Below are positions 10,319-19,953 of a DNA stretch of 64,000 bases, piece after piece. The stretch lies in the IMG/VR virus record IMGVR_UViG_3300047548_000593. One strand, given 5' to 3'. Source of the stretch: an uncultured virus (IMG/VR IMGVR_UViG_3300047548_000593) (Duplodnaviria; Heunggongvirae; Uroviricota; Caudoviricetes). The position numbers were made by a program, and so were the translations under genes. The notes beneath the pieces were generated by a model. That model made no database searches and was not told the origin of the DNA. It was given only the letters and a program-made list of their open reading frames with translations. Within the stretch, counting starts at the first letter, position 1. Each line of letters opens with the position of its first letter.

Positions 10319-10372
10319 AGTATTTCCCTTTCAGTTTCTAATATAAACCCTCGGGTAGAAGGCTTATATTAG

Positions 10373-10393
10373 AAAAGGGAGCCGAAGCTCCCT
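10373..10393 (-). terminator. intrinsic terminator after major capsid gene
   Basis: GGGAGC-TTCG-GCTCCC-TTTT. Confidence 0.85.
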
Positions 10394-10406
10394 AATCTTA
10401 AAGTGC

Positions 10407-11423
10407 TTAGTTGCTGGTGTACAGACGAACTAGGGCACCGGGGCGACGAACCAGATTCAGGAAGTTTGACTCTGATTCGATGGTGATTTCAGCACCCTTT
10501 GGATCGCGGTATGTGAAGACATAAGCCTGCTCACCGAGAGTGTTAACAAATTCGAACTTGTTAGCAGGTGAGAAGTAGCTGATGAACATATCGCTAGTAC
10601 CGATAGGCATTGCGTAAGCATCGCCAGCAGGGATTAGGGCTGTGCCGTTGTAGCTGCCACGGTATTCAATGTACTCAACACCACCGTGTACGAAGCGACG
10701 ATATAGACCTGAGCCTAGACGCTGACGTAGGGGTTCTTGAGTAGAAGTGTAATACTTGTAGGCTTCCTTGACGGTAGGATGGTTGATTAGCTTACCGAAG
10801 AAGGCTGGTGAGCAGAGAACGGTTACGTTGCTAACGGTTTCGCCTGATAGGATGTTGTCCTGAATGTGAGCGATAGCCTCTTCTGACTTAGCAGTTAGGT
10901 CAGTGGTTGAGGTGCCGAGAACGAAGTCGATTTCCTTGCGGGTTACGCCGAAGTCGGTGTAGAAGTTGCCAGCTACAGTGCCGTTAGGAGCGTAGATAGC
11001 GCCAGTGGTTAGGGCGTAAGCACGAGCAGCTTCTAGGGTGACAGCGTGGTTCATGCGAATGCGCTCTAGCTTGCGAGCGATTACAGCAGCTTCTGTTTCA
11101 GCAGCGTCAGCGGAGCCGTAGGCACGCTTGCCCTGAACGTCTTGGGGCTTAACACTGTCGTCGAGTGGGAAGTGAGGAATAGCGAATGAACGGAGAGTCC
11201 GGTCGATATCCTTGTTCATGGTGTTGCGGTTGCCGCGAACTTGGTCGGTTACGAGGCCGAGAGTACCGTTGCTGGATTCTACGGTTACTGAGTGTTGAGC
11301 AACTGGTTCGTTGCGGAAAACACCTAGTTCATTGATTAGACCCCATGTATTGGGAATGAGAAGTAGTTCTTGTGTGTAATCAACAAGTTCAAATGGTTTC
11401 TCAAATGAGCGTACTTGTGCCAT
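10407..11423 (-). CDS. major capsid protein (lambda gpE-like family)
   Basis: 338 aa; IPHFPLDDSV, FVHGGVEYIEYRG and ESESNFLNL motifs; strong codon bias. Confidence 0.92.
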   Translation of the reverse strand: MAQVRSFEKPFELVDYTQELLLIPNTWGLINELGVFRNEPVAQHSVTVESSNGTLGLVTDQVRGNRNTMNKDIDRTLRSFAIPHFPLDDSVKPQDVQGKRAYGSADAAETEAAVIARKLERIRMNHAVTLEAARAYALTTGAIYAPNGTVAGNFYTDFGVTRKEIDFVLGTSTTDLTAKSEEAIAHIQDNILSGETVSNVTVLCSPAFFGKLINHPTVKEAYKYYTSTQEPLRQRLGSGLYRRFVHGGVEYIEYRGSYNGTALIPAGDAYAMPIGTSDMFISYFSPANKFEFVNTLGEQAYVFTYRDPKGAEITIESESNFLNLVRRPGALVRLYTSN

Positions 11424-11462
11424 TTTATATATCCTTATTTGTTATTCAATGAAAGCGGTCAA

Positions 11463-11861
11463 TTAGACTGCATCGTTGCAAGCAATACCCTTGGCTTCTA
11501 GGGCAGCGTATACAGCAGCCTTCTCAGCGTCTTGGTCGAATGTTGCGTCTAGTACTAGACCAGCCTTTGATACAATAGCTGGGCCTTTGATTAGGACTAG
11601 AACAGGGGTATCGGTGTTAGCAGCGATAGCTTGCTCGTTGATAGCGATAGCATCGGCTGTCTGTGAACCATCGCTGGCTGTTTGTACAGCGATCTTGTAC
11701 TTGCCACCTACGGTTACCTTGCCGAGGACTGTGCCGGGAACATAGCTCTTGGCAGCAGCTTCGTTTACGGTTACGACTGCACGAGTGTAACCTGATTCGG
11801 GCCATAGTTCTTGTTTGACTACGTTTGAGAGGCGCTTTGCTTCTGTAGCGATAATTGCCAT
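11463..11861 (-). CDS. head decoration protein (lambda gpD-like)
   Basis: PGTVLGKVT.GGKY...ASDGSQTADAI motif, directly upstream of the MCP. Confidence 0.88.
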   Translation of the reverse strand: MAIIATEAKRLSNVVKQELWPESGYTRAVVTVNEAAAKSYVPGTVLGKVTVGGKYKIAVQTASDGSQTADAIAINEQAIAANTDTPVLVLIKGPAIVSKAGLVLDATFDQDAEKAAVYAALEAKGIACNDAV

Positions 11862-11888
11862 ATTTATTCTCCAGTTAAAAAATTAAAA

Positions 11889-13139
11889 TTACTTGGTAGC
11901 TTGCTTGGCTTTTAGTAATTTCGCCACAGCAGATTCTTGAACAACTGGTTGCTCTTCTTGTGAAGAAGCACCCTTTTCTACGAACATCTCTGATGTCTCT
12001 ACGGTAGCCATCATAGCTTGGATAGCAGCTAGGAAGGCAGTAAAGTCATCTTCGGATTCTAGTGAAAGAGCAGCTTTAGCAATTGCTTCAACCTTTGTTT
12101 CGTCCTTTACGATAGCACGAACTTGTTCGGTTTTGGCTTTGGCGATAGCCTCTTTCTTTTCAGCTTCAAACTGAGCGATAGTAGCTTGAGCAGCCTTTAG
12201 TAGTTCTTGAGTCTCAGCTAGGGACTTCTGGATGTCTACTAGAGCAGCTTTTTCAACCATCTCTACAGCAGGAGCTTCATTTGTTTGAACTTCTTGAGTC
12301 ATAACAGATTTCTCCAATTCTTGTGTCTCAGAGCCAGATGGCTCAACGGATTTCTCAACGCTAGCGTTTGTTGAGGTGTCTGACTCATCACTTACTTCGT
12401 TAGAAGGAATTGACTCGTCGGATTCATTGCTTTTCTTGATCTTGGTCAGAGTACTTGATTTGTGACCAACCATTGTTTCGGTAGGTTCACCATCACGATA
12501 GATTCTGATTAGCACAGCAGGATTCTCTGAAGAACCAGTTACGCTAAACTCTGTACCGGGAACGCCAAGAACACCTTCAGTCATGATATGCTCAATCTTA
12601 CCCTTGGCTTTACCGCCACTTGAGTTCCATTGAACCATGTCACCTACTTTAGGCTTATAGGCTTTTTCAAGATTTTCGAATGCTTGCTCAAGGGTTACTT
12701 GATCGTTAAGCATTGCTAGATATTCGTCTTCATTTAGCTTAGATAGTACATCAGCTAGGCTCTCTGCGTCTGAAGCACTCTTGAGGACTTCAAAGGCTTC
12801 TAGGCGAGATTCGATGTAGTCTTGATAGCTTGCCATAGGCATAGTTTCAACTGTATCTGTAGGTTCTGGTTGGTAGCCCATCATTTGAGCTAGAACATCA
12901 GCATCTTCGTGATACATGCCGAAGAACTTACGTAGGAATTCAGGTAGTTCCATTGTAACACGGATCTGCTGCATCTTCTCTACGAACTCTTGGCTAAAGT
13001 TATTTGCCTTTAGGACTAGGGCATAATCGTGACCATTAGCAGGCCCGCCCTGATCTTTGCTTACTAGAGCTACATGAGCGCCTTCTTTTTCGAAGGTAAT
13101 GTCAGATAGTTTGCGTCTAGCTTTTCGTTGTTTTGTCAT
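11889..13139 (-). CDS. capsid scaffold/assembly protein with internal Tudor-like domain
   Basis: HVALVSKDQGGPANG N-terminus; coiled-coil C-terminus; KVGDMVQWNSSGGKAKGKI insert. Confidence 0.7.
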   Translation of the reverse strand: MTKQRKARRKLSDITFEKEGAHVALVSKDQGGPANGHDYALVLKANNFSQEFVEKMQQIRVTMELPEFLRKFFGMYHEDADVLAQMMGYQPEPTDTVETMPMASYQDYIESRLEAFEVLKSASDAESLADVLSKLNEDEYLAMLNDQVTLEQAFENLEKAYKPKVGDMVQWNSSGGKAKGKIEHIMTEGVLGVPGTEFSVTGSSENPAVLIRIYRDGEPTETMVGHKSSTLTKIKKSNESDESIPSNEVSDESDTSTNASVEKSVEPSGSETQELEKSVMTQEVQTNEAPAVEMVEKAALVDIQKSLAETQELLKAAQATIAQFEAEKKEAIAKAKTEQVRAIVKDETKVEAIAKAALSLESEDDFTAFLAAIQAMMATVETSEMFVEKGASSQEEQPVVQESAVAKLLKAKQATK

Positions 13140-13900
13140 TACTCGTCCTCTTCAATTGTTTCTACAGCAGCTAGAGCACCAATACTGACGCCATTGATTT
13201 CCCCTGACTTGATGAGTGCCCATAGGTTATCATCTAGACTTTGAATCGTACACAACCAAGTCCCCTTAGTTACCAGCTTATCTCCTAGCATAAAATCCGT
13301 AGGAGCAATGTAGCTTTCGGCAAACTCAAAAGTGTCTGTCTGTGCAAGATGAAACAGGTTAGCTGTTCTGCAATATTTGTTAAAATTGTGACAAGCCTTA
13401 CGAACTTCTTCTTCGCTAGTAATATCACCATGAAGATCTACTTCATTTGGAACCATCACTACAAATGTAGCTTGCTTTAATTCTTCATTGACTGCTTTGC
13501 TAACAGGCAATTGTAAGGTGTCTGGTGCAGCTTCTAAGCTCTTTAGAATGCCTTCCTTACGTAGGATGCCTCTAGCCCAAGCCTTACCTGCTGAACCGCC
13601 CCATAGATACCAAGCGATAGTACCTGCGGTAGGGCCACCATCAGATTCTTTCTTTGAGGGTGCAAAGTTCTTTTCATGTCTAGAAAAGAAAGCGTGCATA
13701 CGCTTTACAGAGTCAAGGCTAAGGTTACCGTTAATGATATCCCTAGCTCTTGCTACACCGGAACCAACGCCTTCGCTATTGGCTTGTTGGGCAGATAAGC
13801 CCCCACGGTTGTATTTCTCTCTTAAAGCTAAACCACGCTTTGCATTATTTCTCATAGCCTCTGTCGGTGTGAAACTCTTTGCTTTTTCGATAGTTTGCAT
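13139..13900 (-). CDS. prohead protease (XkdF-like serine peptidase) with extra N-terminal domain
   Basis: VMVPNEVDLHGD...NLFH...ESYIAP...GTW...IKSGEINGVSIG motifs. Confidence 0.85.
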   Translation of the reverse strand: MQTIEKAKSFTPTEAMRNNAKRGLALREKYNRGGLSAQQANSEGVGSGVARARDIINGNLSLDSVKRMHAFFSRHEKNFAPSKKESDGGPTAGTIAWYLWGGSAGKAWARGILRKEGILKSLEAAPDTLQLPVSKAVNEELKQATFVVMVPNEVDLHGDITSEEEVRKACHNFNKYCRTANLFHLAQTDTFEFAESYIAPTDFMLGDKLVTKGTWLCTIQSLDDNLWALIKSGEINGVSIGALAAVETIEEDE

Positions 13901-13928
13901 ATTCACTCCGTTGACTTTGTATAACATA

Positions 13929-13957
13929 ATTATATCACAAAATTATTTGAAAATCAA
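13929..13957 (-). promoter_or_regulatory. sigma70-like promoter for capsid genes
   Basis: TTGATT-17-TATAAT with extended TG. Confidence 0.75.
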
Positions 13958-13978
13958 GTGAAATTTGTAATTAAGTTA

Positions 13979-14224
13979 TTATTTTGATGCAAAATACTCC
14001 TGAATAGCGTTTGCAATCATTTCATTAGTCCAATCTACAGTATAAGTCTCTGGATTTAGTACCTGAACCCAATACTTGAAACTTGGATTATCTCCTAGTT
14101 GGACATATACAGTTAGGGTTCTTAGCACAACATCGTCATCGATCTTTAGAGTGTGGACAGTTTGAGCTGCATACCGTTGTTGGGCTTCAAACTCTTGGGG
14201 TAGATTTACAGTAGGAAAATTCAT
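13979..14224 (-). CDS. small hypothetical protein, possibly fibre chaperone
   Basis: ORF with RBS GGAG directly after a fibre gene. Confidence 0.6.
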   Translation of the reverse strand: MNFPTVNLPQEFEAQQRYAAQTVHTLKIDDDVVLRTLTVYVQLGDNPSFKYWVQVLNPETYTVDWTNEMIANAIQEYFASK

Positions 14225-14225
14225 T

Positions 14226-15950
14226 TTAAACTCCATTCTTAATTAGGTTATTTACAAGGGCTTCTAGTTGTGCAATACGAGCTTCTTGCTCTACAACTTT
14301 CTTTGCTAACTCTACAGTGGCAACGGCAGCAGTGGTCGCATACTCAACTGATAAGATTCCTTTTTCATCTTTGTGTACAGCCTGTGGTAAAACCGTCTGA
14401 AGACTTTGAGCAGAAAGGCCAACGACAGTTTTATTGTCCATGTCGATACGGTCAAATAATCCACTCTTTACTGTAGCAAGTTTATTTACGAAATCGCTTG
14501 GTAGACTTCTCCAGTTTGTTTTCAGAGTTTCATCAGAGTTTTGAGTAAGGGTGCCACGAATCCAGAAGTTACCGCTGACATCGGAATAAAAACGGTTATA
14601 AGAGCCGTTAGTATCCCAAACACCGAAATTGCCTCCATCAGGAGCAAGGTAATAATATAAAAATCTGTTATTATTGCTAACACCTAATTGTATCTCACCT
14701 GTTCTGCCATTACCTACAATTAAACTAGTATCTAGAATTGTGTAATTTACGCCAACTTGAAATCTTCGGCTAAAACTAATTGCATTACCGGCAGTACCAG
14801 ATGCAGCCGTATAGTAATTTAATGTACCGTCAGTATTTAACTGAAGTAATCCAGCTTCATCATTGGCGCGATAAGTCCAAGATTCTCCGCTAATTGTGGT
14901 ATTTTGGGCATTATATGAAATAAAGCCATGACCAGCCCCTGTCAAGCCCATACCTACTGTAGAGAAATCTACAACTCTTGCAGAAGTATTCCAACCTGTG
15001 GTTAGAGCAGTAGAACCAATCCCTAGTGCATTATTATTAGCATAAATATTTACACCGGGAATTCTAAATCTTGTGATGCTACTATTTCCAAGTGTGATTT
15101 CGTTTGTTGCATTAGATGTAGAGGCTTCTGCACTGGCACCGATAATGATATTATTACTTGCACTAGCTGTAAGATTATTTGTTCCGGTATATCCAGCTAA
15201 ATAACCGATAATTACGTTATTATCTGAAGCTGTTGTCAGGCCGTAACCTGCATTGTGACCGATAGCTACGTTCCATTTGGATGTTGTAGCACTGTACAGA
15301 GCACTGTGGCCGATAGCAACGTTCTTCTCACCGCTTGTGTAGTTAAATAGTGAATACGCACCTACACCTACGCTGTAAGCTCCTGTAGAGTTCCAGCTTG
15401 GGCTTCCACGCATAGAGTAAGCACCTAACGCTACACGTTCAATGCCGCCGCTGTAATAACCCGCCCAAGACCCCAGCAGAGTACTAGCATTACCACTGGC
15501 ATAGAAGCCGGACATATTGCCAATTGCAGTAAGGTCATCTACGTTTCCGCATTGCTTACCGGCTTCTGCTCCAATAATGGTAGTACGTGAAGCGCTGCTA
15601 ATAGTTGTGCCAGCGTTTGTGCCAATGATGGTGCAGTAGGGGCCATAACTCAAAGCTAAACCAGCAGAGTTACCGATCGTAACATTACCACCGATAGATA
15701 CTTTACCGGCCTGATAGCCAATGTGTACACCGCCGCCACCATAGCTATTGCTTTGACCAGCCTGATAGCCAATAGTGACAGCACCACCAGAGCCAGATTG
15801 ACCTGCACCTGCACCTAAAGATGTAATGAAGCTGCCACTACTTTGCGTTACACCTGTTAGAGAGGTAGTAGGTACAGCATTACCGTTAATAGTAACACTG
15901 CCACCTACTCCACTGATGTCATTTGTTTGATGATTAATTGTAATCGACAT
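14226..15950 (-). CDS. fibre/spike protein with C-terminal intramolecular chaperone (peptidase S74-like)
   Basis: IGxxAG beta-roll repeats; C-terminal NSDETLKTN...GLSAQSLQTVLPQAV...LSVEY and coiled coil. Confidence 0.85.
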   Translation of the reverse strand: MSITINHQTNDISGVGGSVTINGNAVPTTSLTGVTQSSGSFITSLGAGAGQSGSGGAVTIGYQAGQSNSYGGGGVHIGYQAGKVSIGGNVTIGNSAGLALSYGPYCTIIGTNAGTTISSASRTTIIGAEAGKQCGNVDDLTAIGNMSGFYASGNASTLLGSWAGYYSGGIERVALGAYSMRGSPSWNSTGAYSVGVGAYSLFNYTSGEKNVAIGHSALYSATTSKWNVAIGHNAGYGLTTASDNNVIIGYLAGYTGTNNLTASASNNIIIGASAEASTSNATNEITLGNSSITRFRIPGVNIYANNNALGIGSTALTTGWNTSARVVDFSTVGMGLTGAGHGFISYNAQNTTISGESWTYRANDEAGLLQLNTDGTLNYYTAASGTAGNAISFSRRFQVGVNYTILDTSLIVGNGRTGEIQLGVSNNNRFLYYYLAPDGGNFGVWDTNGSYNRFYSDVSGNFWIRGTLTQNSDETLKTNWRSLPSDFVNKLATVKSGLFDRIDMDNKTVVGLSAQSLQTVLPQAVHKDEKGILSVEYATTAAVATVELAKKVVEQEARIAQLEALVNNLIKNGV

Positions 15951-15953
15951 CTA

Positions 15954-16250
15954 TTAGACCCCTACACTTCCTTGCATATCAGGTTGCTGCATTAGCCAAG
16001 CATAGCACTTAGCTAAGAATGTATCACCAACTTGAGCTTCAACTTCAGCCAGAGGTGCATGATAACGTCTGAAATCTACTTCACGAATGTCATCATGTGC
16101 TGGCTGTGTAGCATAACCTGAGATATCAATCATAACTATATGCTTAGGCTCTCCACGTTGACGAGATACAATAGCTGTTGCAACTCTAAAATATGCCCCT
16201 GAAAAAGGAACGCCGAATTGTGAATTTTGAATATCTACTTGAATTGCCAT
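15954..16250 (-). CDS. fibre-associated small protein
   Basis: 98 aa between two fibre genes, with RBS. Confidence 0.65.
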   Translation of the reverse strand: MAIQVDIQNSQFGVPFSGAYFRVATAIVSRQRGEPKHIVMIDISGYATQPAHDDIREVDFRRYHAPLAEVEAQVGDTFLAKCYAWLMQQPDMQGSVGV

Positions 16251-16259
16251 GTTATCTCC

Positions 16260-19200
16260 TTATGCGTATGTTACTTCTGCTGTGTCAATAGTGGCTACCC
16301 AGCGAATATTTGTTGCAGCAGCGCCTGTTACAGTGATAGCTAAACTACCGTTTGTAGTATCGGCGGATAGTGCCAAAGTCCAGCCGGGTACGTTTGAAAG
16401 AACAGTTAGTGCGCTGTTTACTAGTACAGTAGCAGCAGCAGAGCCTTCTCTTCTAATTAACCCATCTACTTTCCAAGCTGCTGAAGCTGTTCCAGCAGAA
16501 GACTGTTGACGGGCAACAATCATTCCTGTAAAGGCAATAGCTTCTCCGTTTACAAGCGTAATCTGGTTTGCTGCTGAAGGTGCTCCCTCATCTAATGTAA
16601 GTACGGTTGCTGTGGCGTCTGCTGTTTGGCGGCGTAATACGTGCTTACCAGCTTGTGCATCACCGTTTGCAGCAAATCTGCCAGAGGCGTATGAAAACTT
16701 ACCATATTCAGTCGAAGCTGCTGAATGACCAAGAGCTACAGAACGTGCTCCACCTGCGGCACACTGATTACCAATAGCAATTGAGTTAGTACCACCTGCA
16801 CTTGCCCCCATCATTGCTAGTGCAAATGAACCACCAGAACTTGTAACTAAATCAATATTTCCACTGCCGATAGCGACACCGTTCGAAGCAGTTACTGATG
16901 CACCACCAATTGCAACACCACCATCAGCTCCACCAGCCACTGAAGATGTGAAACCGGCTGAATTATTACCGATAGCTAAACCATAAGTTGCCTGTACAGT
17001 AGCATTTCTACCGATAGCTACACTATAACCACCGTTTGCCCAAGAGTAGTAGCCCATAGCGATAGAGTTACCACCTGTTGCACCTCTGCCACCTCCAACG
17101 GAAGCAATGGCTACTGCAAAACTATCAACGCCAGAGGCAGGGGAACCACCTAAAGCAACTGCGCCAGAAGACGAACTTGTTGATCCAGATCCACTTGAGT
17201 TAGTTCCAATAGCTGTACCACTAGTTGCCGCACACCCGTATCCAAAAGCAATACTTCCTGATCCAGTGGACGAAGTATAGCTACCAATAGCAATATTATC
17301 GTTTACGTTTGCTTTAGCTAGTGTACCAATTGCAATAGCTCTTGTAGCATCGGCTCCATAAGTACTTGTATTGTTTTCAACTGCTGCTGCAAAACTAGCT
17401 GTACCTGCTGCACGAGAACCACTAAGAGCCATCGCCCCTGCACCTTGAGTTACAGAACCGTTGCCTGCTGAGTTTGCACCTATAGCAGTAGAGTAATTAC
17501 CAGATGTAGAAGCACTGTAACCAAAAGCAGATGAACCAGTACCGGAAACCGATGTGAAAGGCCCGACTGCAACACCTTGATCACCTAAAACGTTCGGTCT
17601 TACGCCAGCAACAGAGTTGATATTCTCTGCATAGGCACGCATTGTCTTTTTATCACCAGTCATCCAGTTTGTACCGTCACTTACAACTTGGACACCCTCA
17701 CCTCTCCTTAAAGAAATACTTGCGCGTGCATCTATTGTTTCAGTGCCAGCTGGAGTAATAGTAATAGAGTTACTAGTGGTTGTAGTCAGATTCCAAATCC
17801 AGCAATAAAATCCTGCACCTAATGTTGCAGCAGAAGTAAGGTTAAAAGTAATTGAAGCTGTACTTGTAAGTATTTTTCCTAAGTCACCAGATACAACAGT
17901 ATAGTTTGCCGACTTTGATTCAATTGTGTATGCACTAGCTCCACCAGCGCTACCATTACTGGCCGCTGTAAGTCTACCTTGTGCATCTACTGTAATATTT
18001 GCATTGGTATAAGAACCAGCTGTGACAGTTGTATTTGCTAGTGAAATAGTACCAGAAGTAGTAATAGGCCCGCCAGACAAACCTGTACCAGTAGAAATTG
18101 AAGTTACAGTACCTGTGTTGCTTGTATAACCATTTGGGTTACTTGCTGGATATGCACCTAAGTTTGTCAAAGCAGTAGCTGCTGTGCTTGCACCTGTGCC
18201 ACCGTTAGCTACAGCAACAATACCTGTTACGTTTGAAGCAGTCCCTGTTGTGTTCTGATTTAATGTAGGGATATCAGCAGCAACTAGCGCTCTGAAAGTA
18301 GGAGTACCAGCAACTCCATTAGGAGCAGCTAAAACAGTATTTGCTGTTTGGCTTGCAAAGTTTGATGGAGTAACAGAAAGCGTACCACCAAGAGTTAGGT
18401 TACCAGATGTAGTTACAGTACCGCTTAGAGTTAGACCGCTAACTGTGCCTGTACCCCCTACAGAGGTTACAGTACCACCTGAATTAGTGTCTGTCCAAGG
18501 AACGTTTACAACAGCTTGACCAGCAGAATTTACTTGAATACCGTAGGTTCGGGAGGCTGTTGATGTAACAGTGTTTGCAGCAACAGTTTGAACAGTGTCG
18601 CTAAATAGCTCAATACCGCCTAAAACAGTTGATGTTGCAGCAGGCAATGTATAGTTATTAGCGCCTGTTGCAATACCATCTAGTTTTGTCTTATCAGCAG
18701 CAGTCATTACACCAGCTAGAGATGTAGTAGCAGCATTAATAGTGCCATCAGCACCATCAGAGCTGTTTACAACAACTGAACTTGCATTGTGAGTAACACT
18801 GATGTCTGTTGTAACGTTTGGTGCAGTATTTGTTACAGTGACAGAACCGGCACCATTGGTTACTGAAACACCTGTGCCAGCAGTTAAGCTAGCATTCTTC
18901 CATACACCTGTTGACTGATCACGAATTAATAGCTGACCGTTAGAAGGAGAGGACACAAGAACATCGTGAAGTTCTTCGATTTCCCAACCATTGTTGATGT
19001 TAATAAAGATACGACCGCTACTTGCATTTACATGCAGTACCCAACCAATGAATACTGTATGAGCAGGAGCACTTGGACGAGTAGCTGTAAGGCCACCAGC
19101 AGTCTGAGAAAGATATACAGGAGTACCGGCAGTAAACGCACTAGTGTCTAGGCCATTGACTACGCCAAAGGTAGCTACAAAGCCCTCTGCACCGTTTGCA

Positions 19201-19883
19201 ATATTCTCTGTAGCAATACCTAGAGTAGCTGCGCTAAGAGGTTCTGAATCAGCGTCAGCTAAAACTACGCTTGGACGTTGACCTTGGGCACCAGATACTG
19301 CAACTACACTACCGTTTGTAATGGTTGCTCCAGTACCGTTATAAACTCTTACAACATTCTCTTGACCTAGTTGTAAATTGACGTTACCGCCAGCCAGACC
19401 TAAAGTGGCAGTGCCTTCACCAGCATCCCATGTAATTCTACCTACGGCTGAAGTTGTAGTAGCTGCGGTATCGATCTGTAGGTAATCTGTAGTTACGTTC
19501 GCAACGTCTAGTTCTCCAGCATCGGTTAGGATTGCTGTGCTGTTTTGAATTAGTTTGCCAGTGGTTCCATCAAAGCGAACCAAAGCATTGTCAGTAGAAG
19601 AAGCTGGGCCTACAACATCACCGGAAGCAGCAGCGGTTGAGTTCTGCCACTTGCCAGTTGTTGAGTTATAAGTTAGGCTTTGACCGTTAGCAGGAGAACT
19701 AATAGCAACATCACTTAATCCTGAAAGATTACCAGCGCCTAGTACGACAATATTGTCTGAACCATCTCTAGTGTAAATCTTCTTGTCGGCAGTATTGATA
19801 GCTAATTCATACTGTTCAATATTAGCCGTAGTAGGTGGCGTATTCGCCAGCGCTGACCGTCTTGGTTTAATTTTTGTTGGCAT
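16260..19883 (-). CDS. long fibre with YadA/Hep-Hag-like head repeats
   Basis: 1207 aa, G/S/T/A rich; many S.AIG/A.AIG repeats; Mtd-N-like start (IKPRRS...YELAINTADKKIY). Confidence 0.85.
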   Translation of the reverse strand: MPTKIKPRRSALANTPPTTANIEQYELAINTADKKIYTRDGSDNIVVLGAGNLSGLSDVAISSPANGQSLTYNSTTGKWQNSTAAASGDVVGPASSTDNALVRFDGTTGKLIQNSTAILTDAGELDVANVTTDYLQIDTAATTTSAVGRITWDAGEGTATLGLAGGNVNLQLGQENVVRVYNGTGATITNGSVVAVSGAQGQRPSVVLADADSEPLSAATLGIATENIANGAEGFVATFGVVNGLDTSAFTAGTPVYLSQTAGGLTATRPSAPAHTVFIGWVLHVNASSGRIFININNGWEIEELHDVLVSSPSNGQLLIRDQSTGVWKNASLTAGTGVSVTNGAGSVTVTNTAPNVTTDISVTHNASSVVVNSSDGADGTINAATTSLAGVMTAADKTKLDGIATGANNYTLPAATSTVLGGIELFSDTVQTVAANTVTSTASRTYGIQVNSAGQAVVNVPWTDTNSGGTVTSVGGTGTVSGLTLSGTVTTSGNLTLGGTLSVTPSNFASQTANTVLAAPNGVAGTPTFRALVAADIPTLNQNTTGTASNVTGIVAVANGGTGASTAATALTNLGAYPASNPNGYTSNTGTVTSISTGTGLSGGPITTSGTISLANTTVTAGSYTNANITVDAQGRLTAASNGSAGGASAYTIESKSANYTVVSGDLGKILTSTASITFNLTSAATLGAGFYCWIWNLTTTTSNSITITPAGTETIDARASISLRRGEGVQVVSDGTNWMTGDKKTMRAYAENINSVAGVRPNVLGDQGVAVGPFTSVSGTGSSAFGYSASTSGNYSTAIGANSAGNGSVTQGAGAMALSGSRAAGTASFAAAVENNTSTYGADATRAIAIGTLAKANVNDNIAIGSYTSSTGSGSIAFGYGCAATSGTAIGTNSSGSGSTSSSSGAVALGGSPASGVDSFAVAIASVGGGRGATGGNSIAMGYYSWANGGYSVAIGRNATVQATYGLAIGNNSAGFTSSVAGGADGGVAIGGASVTASNGVAIGSGNIDLVTSSGGSFALAMMGASAGGTNSIAIGNQCAAGGARSVALGHSAASTEYGKFSYASGRFAANGDAQAGKHVLRRQTADATATVLTLDEGAPSAANQITLVNGEAIAFTGMIVARQQSSAGTASAAWKVDGLIRREGSAAATVLVNSALTVLSNVPGWTLALSADTTNGSLAITVTGAAATNIRWVATIDTAEVTYA

Positions 19884-19953
19884 TTAAATCTCCTGCTTAT
19901 AGAAATAAGCTCAAATTGATTATGGAAGTAACCTATAGAGATAGGCTTGATGT

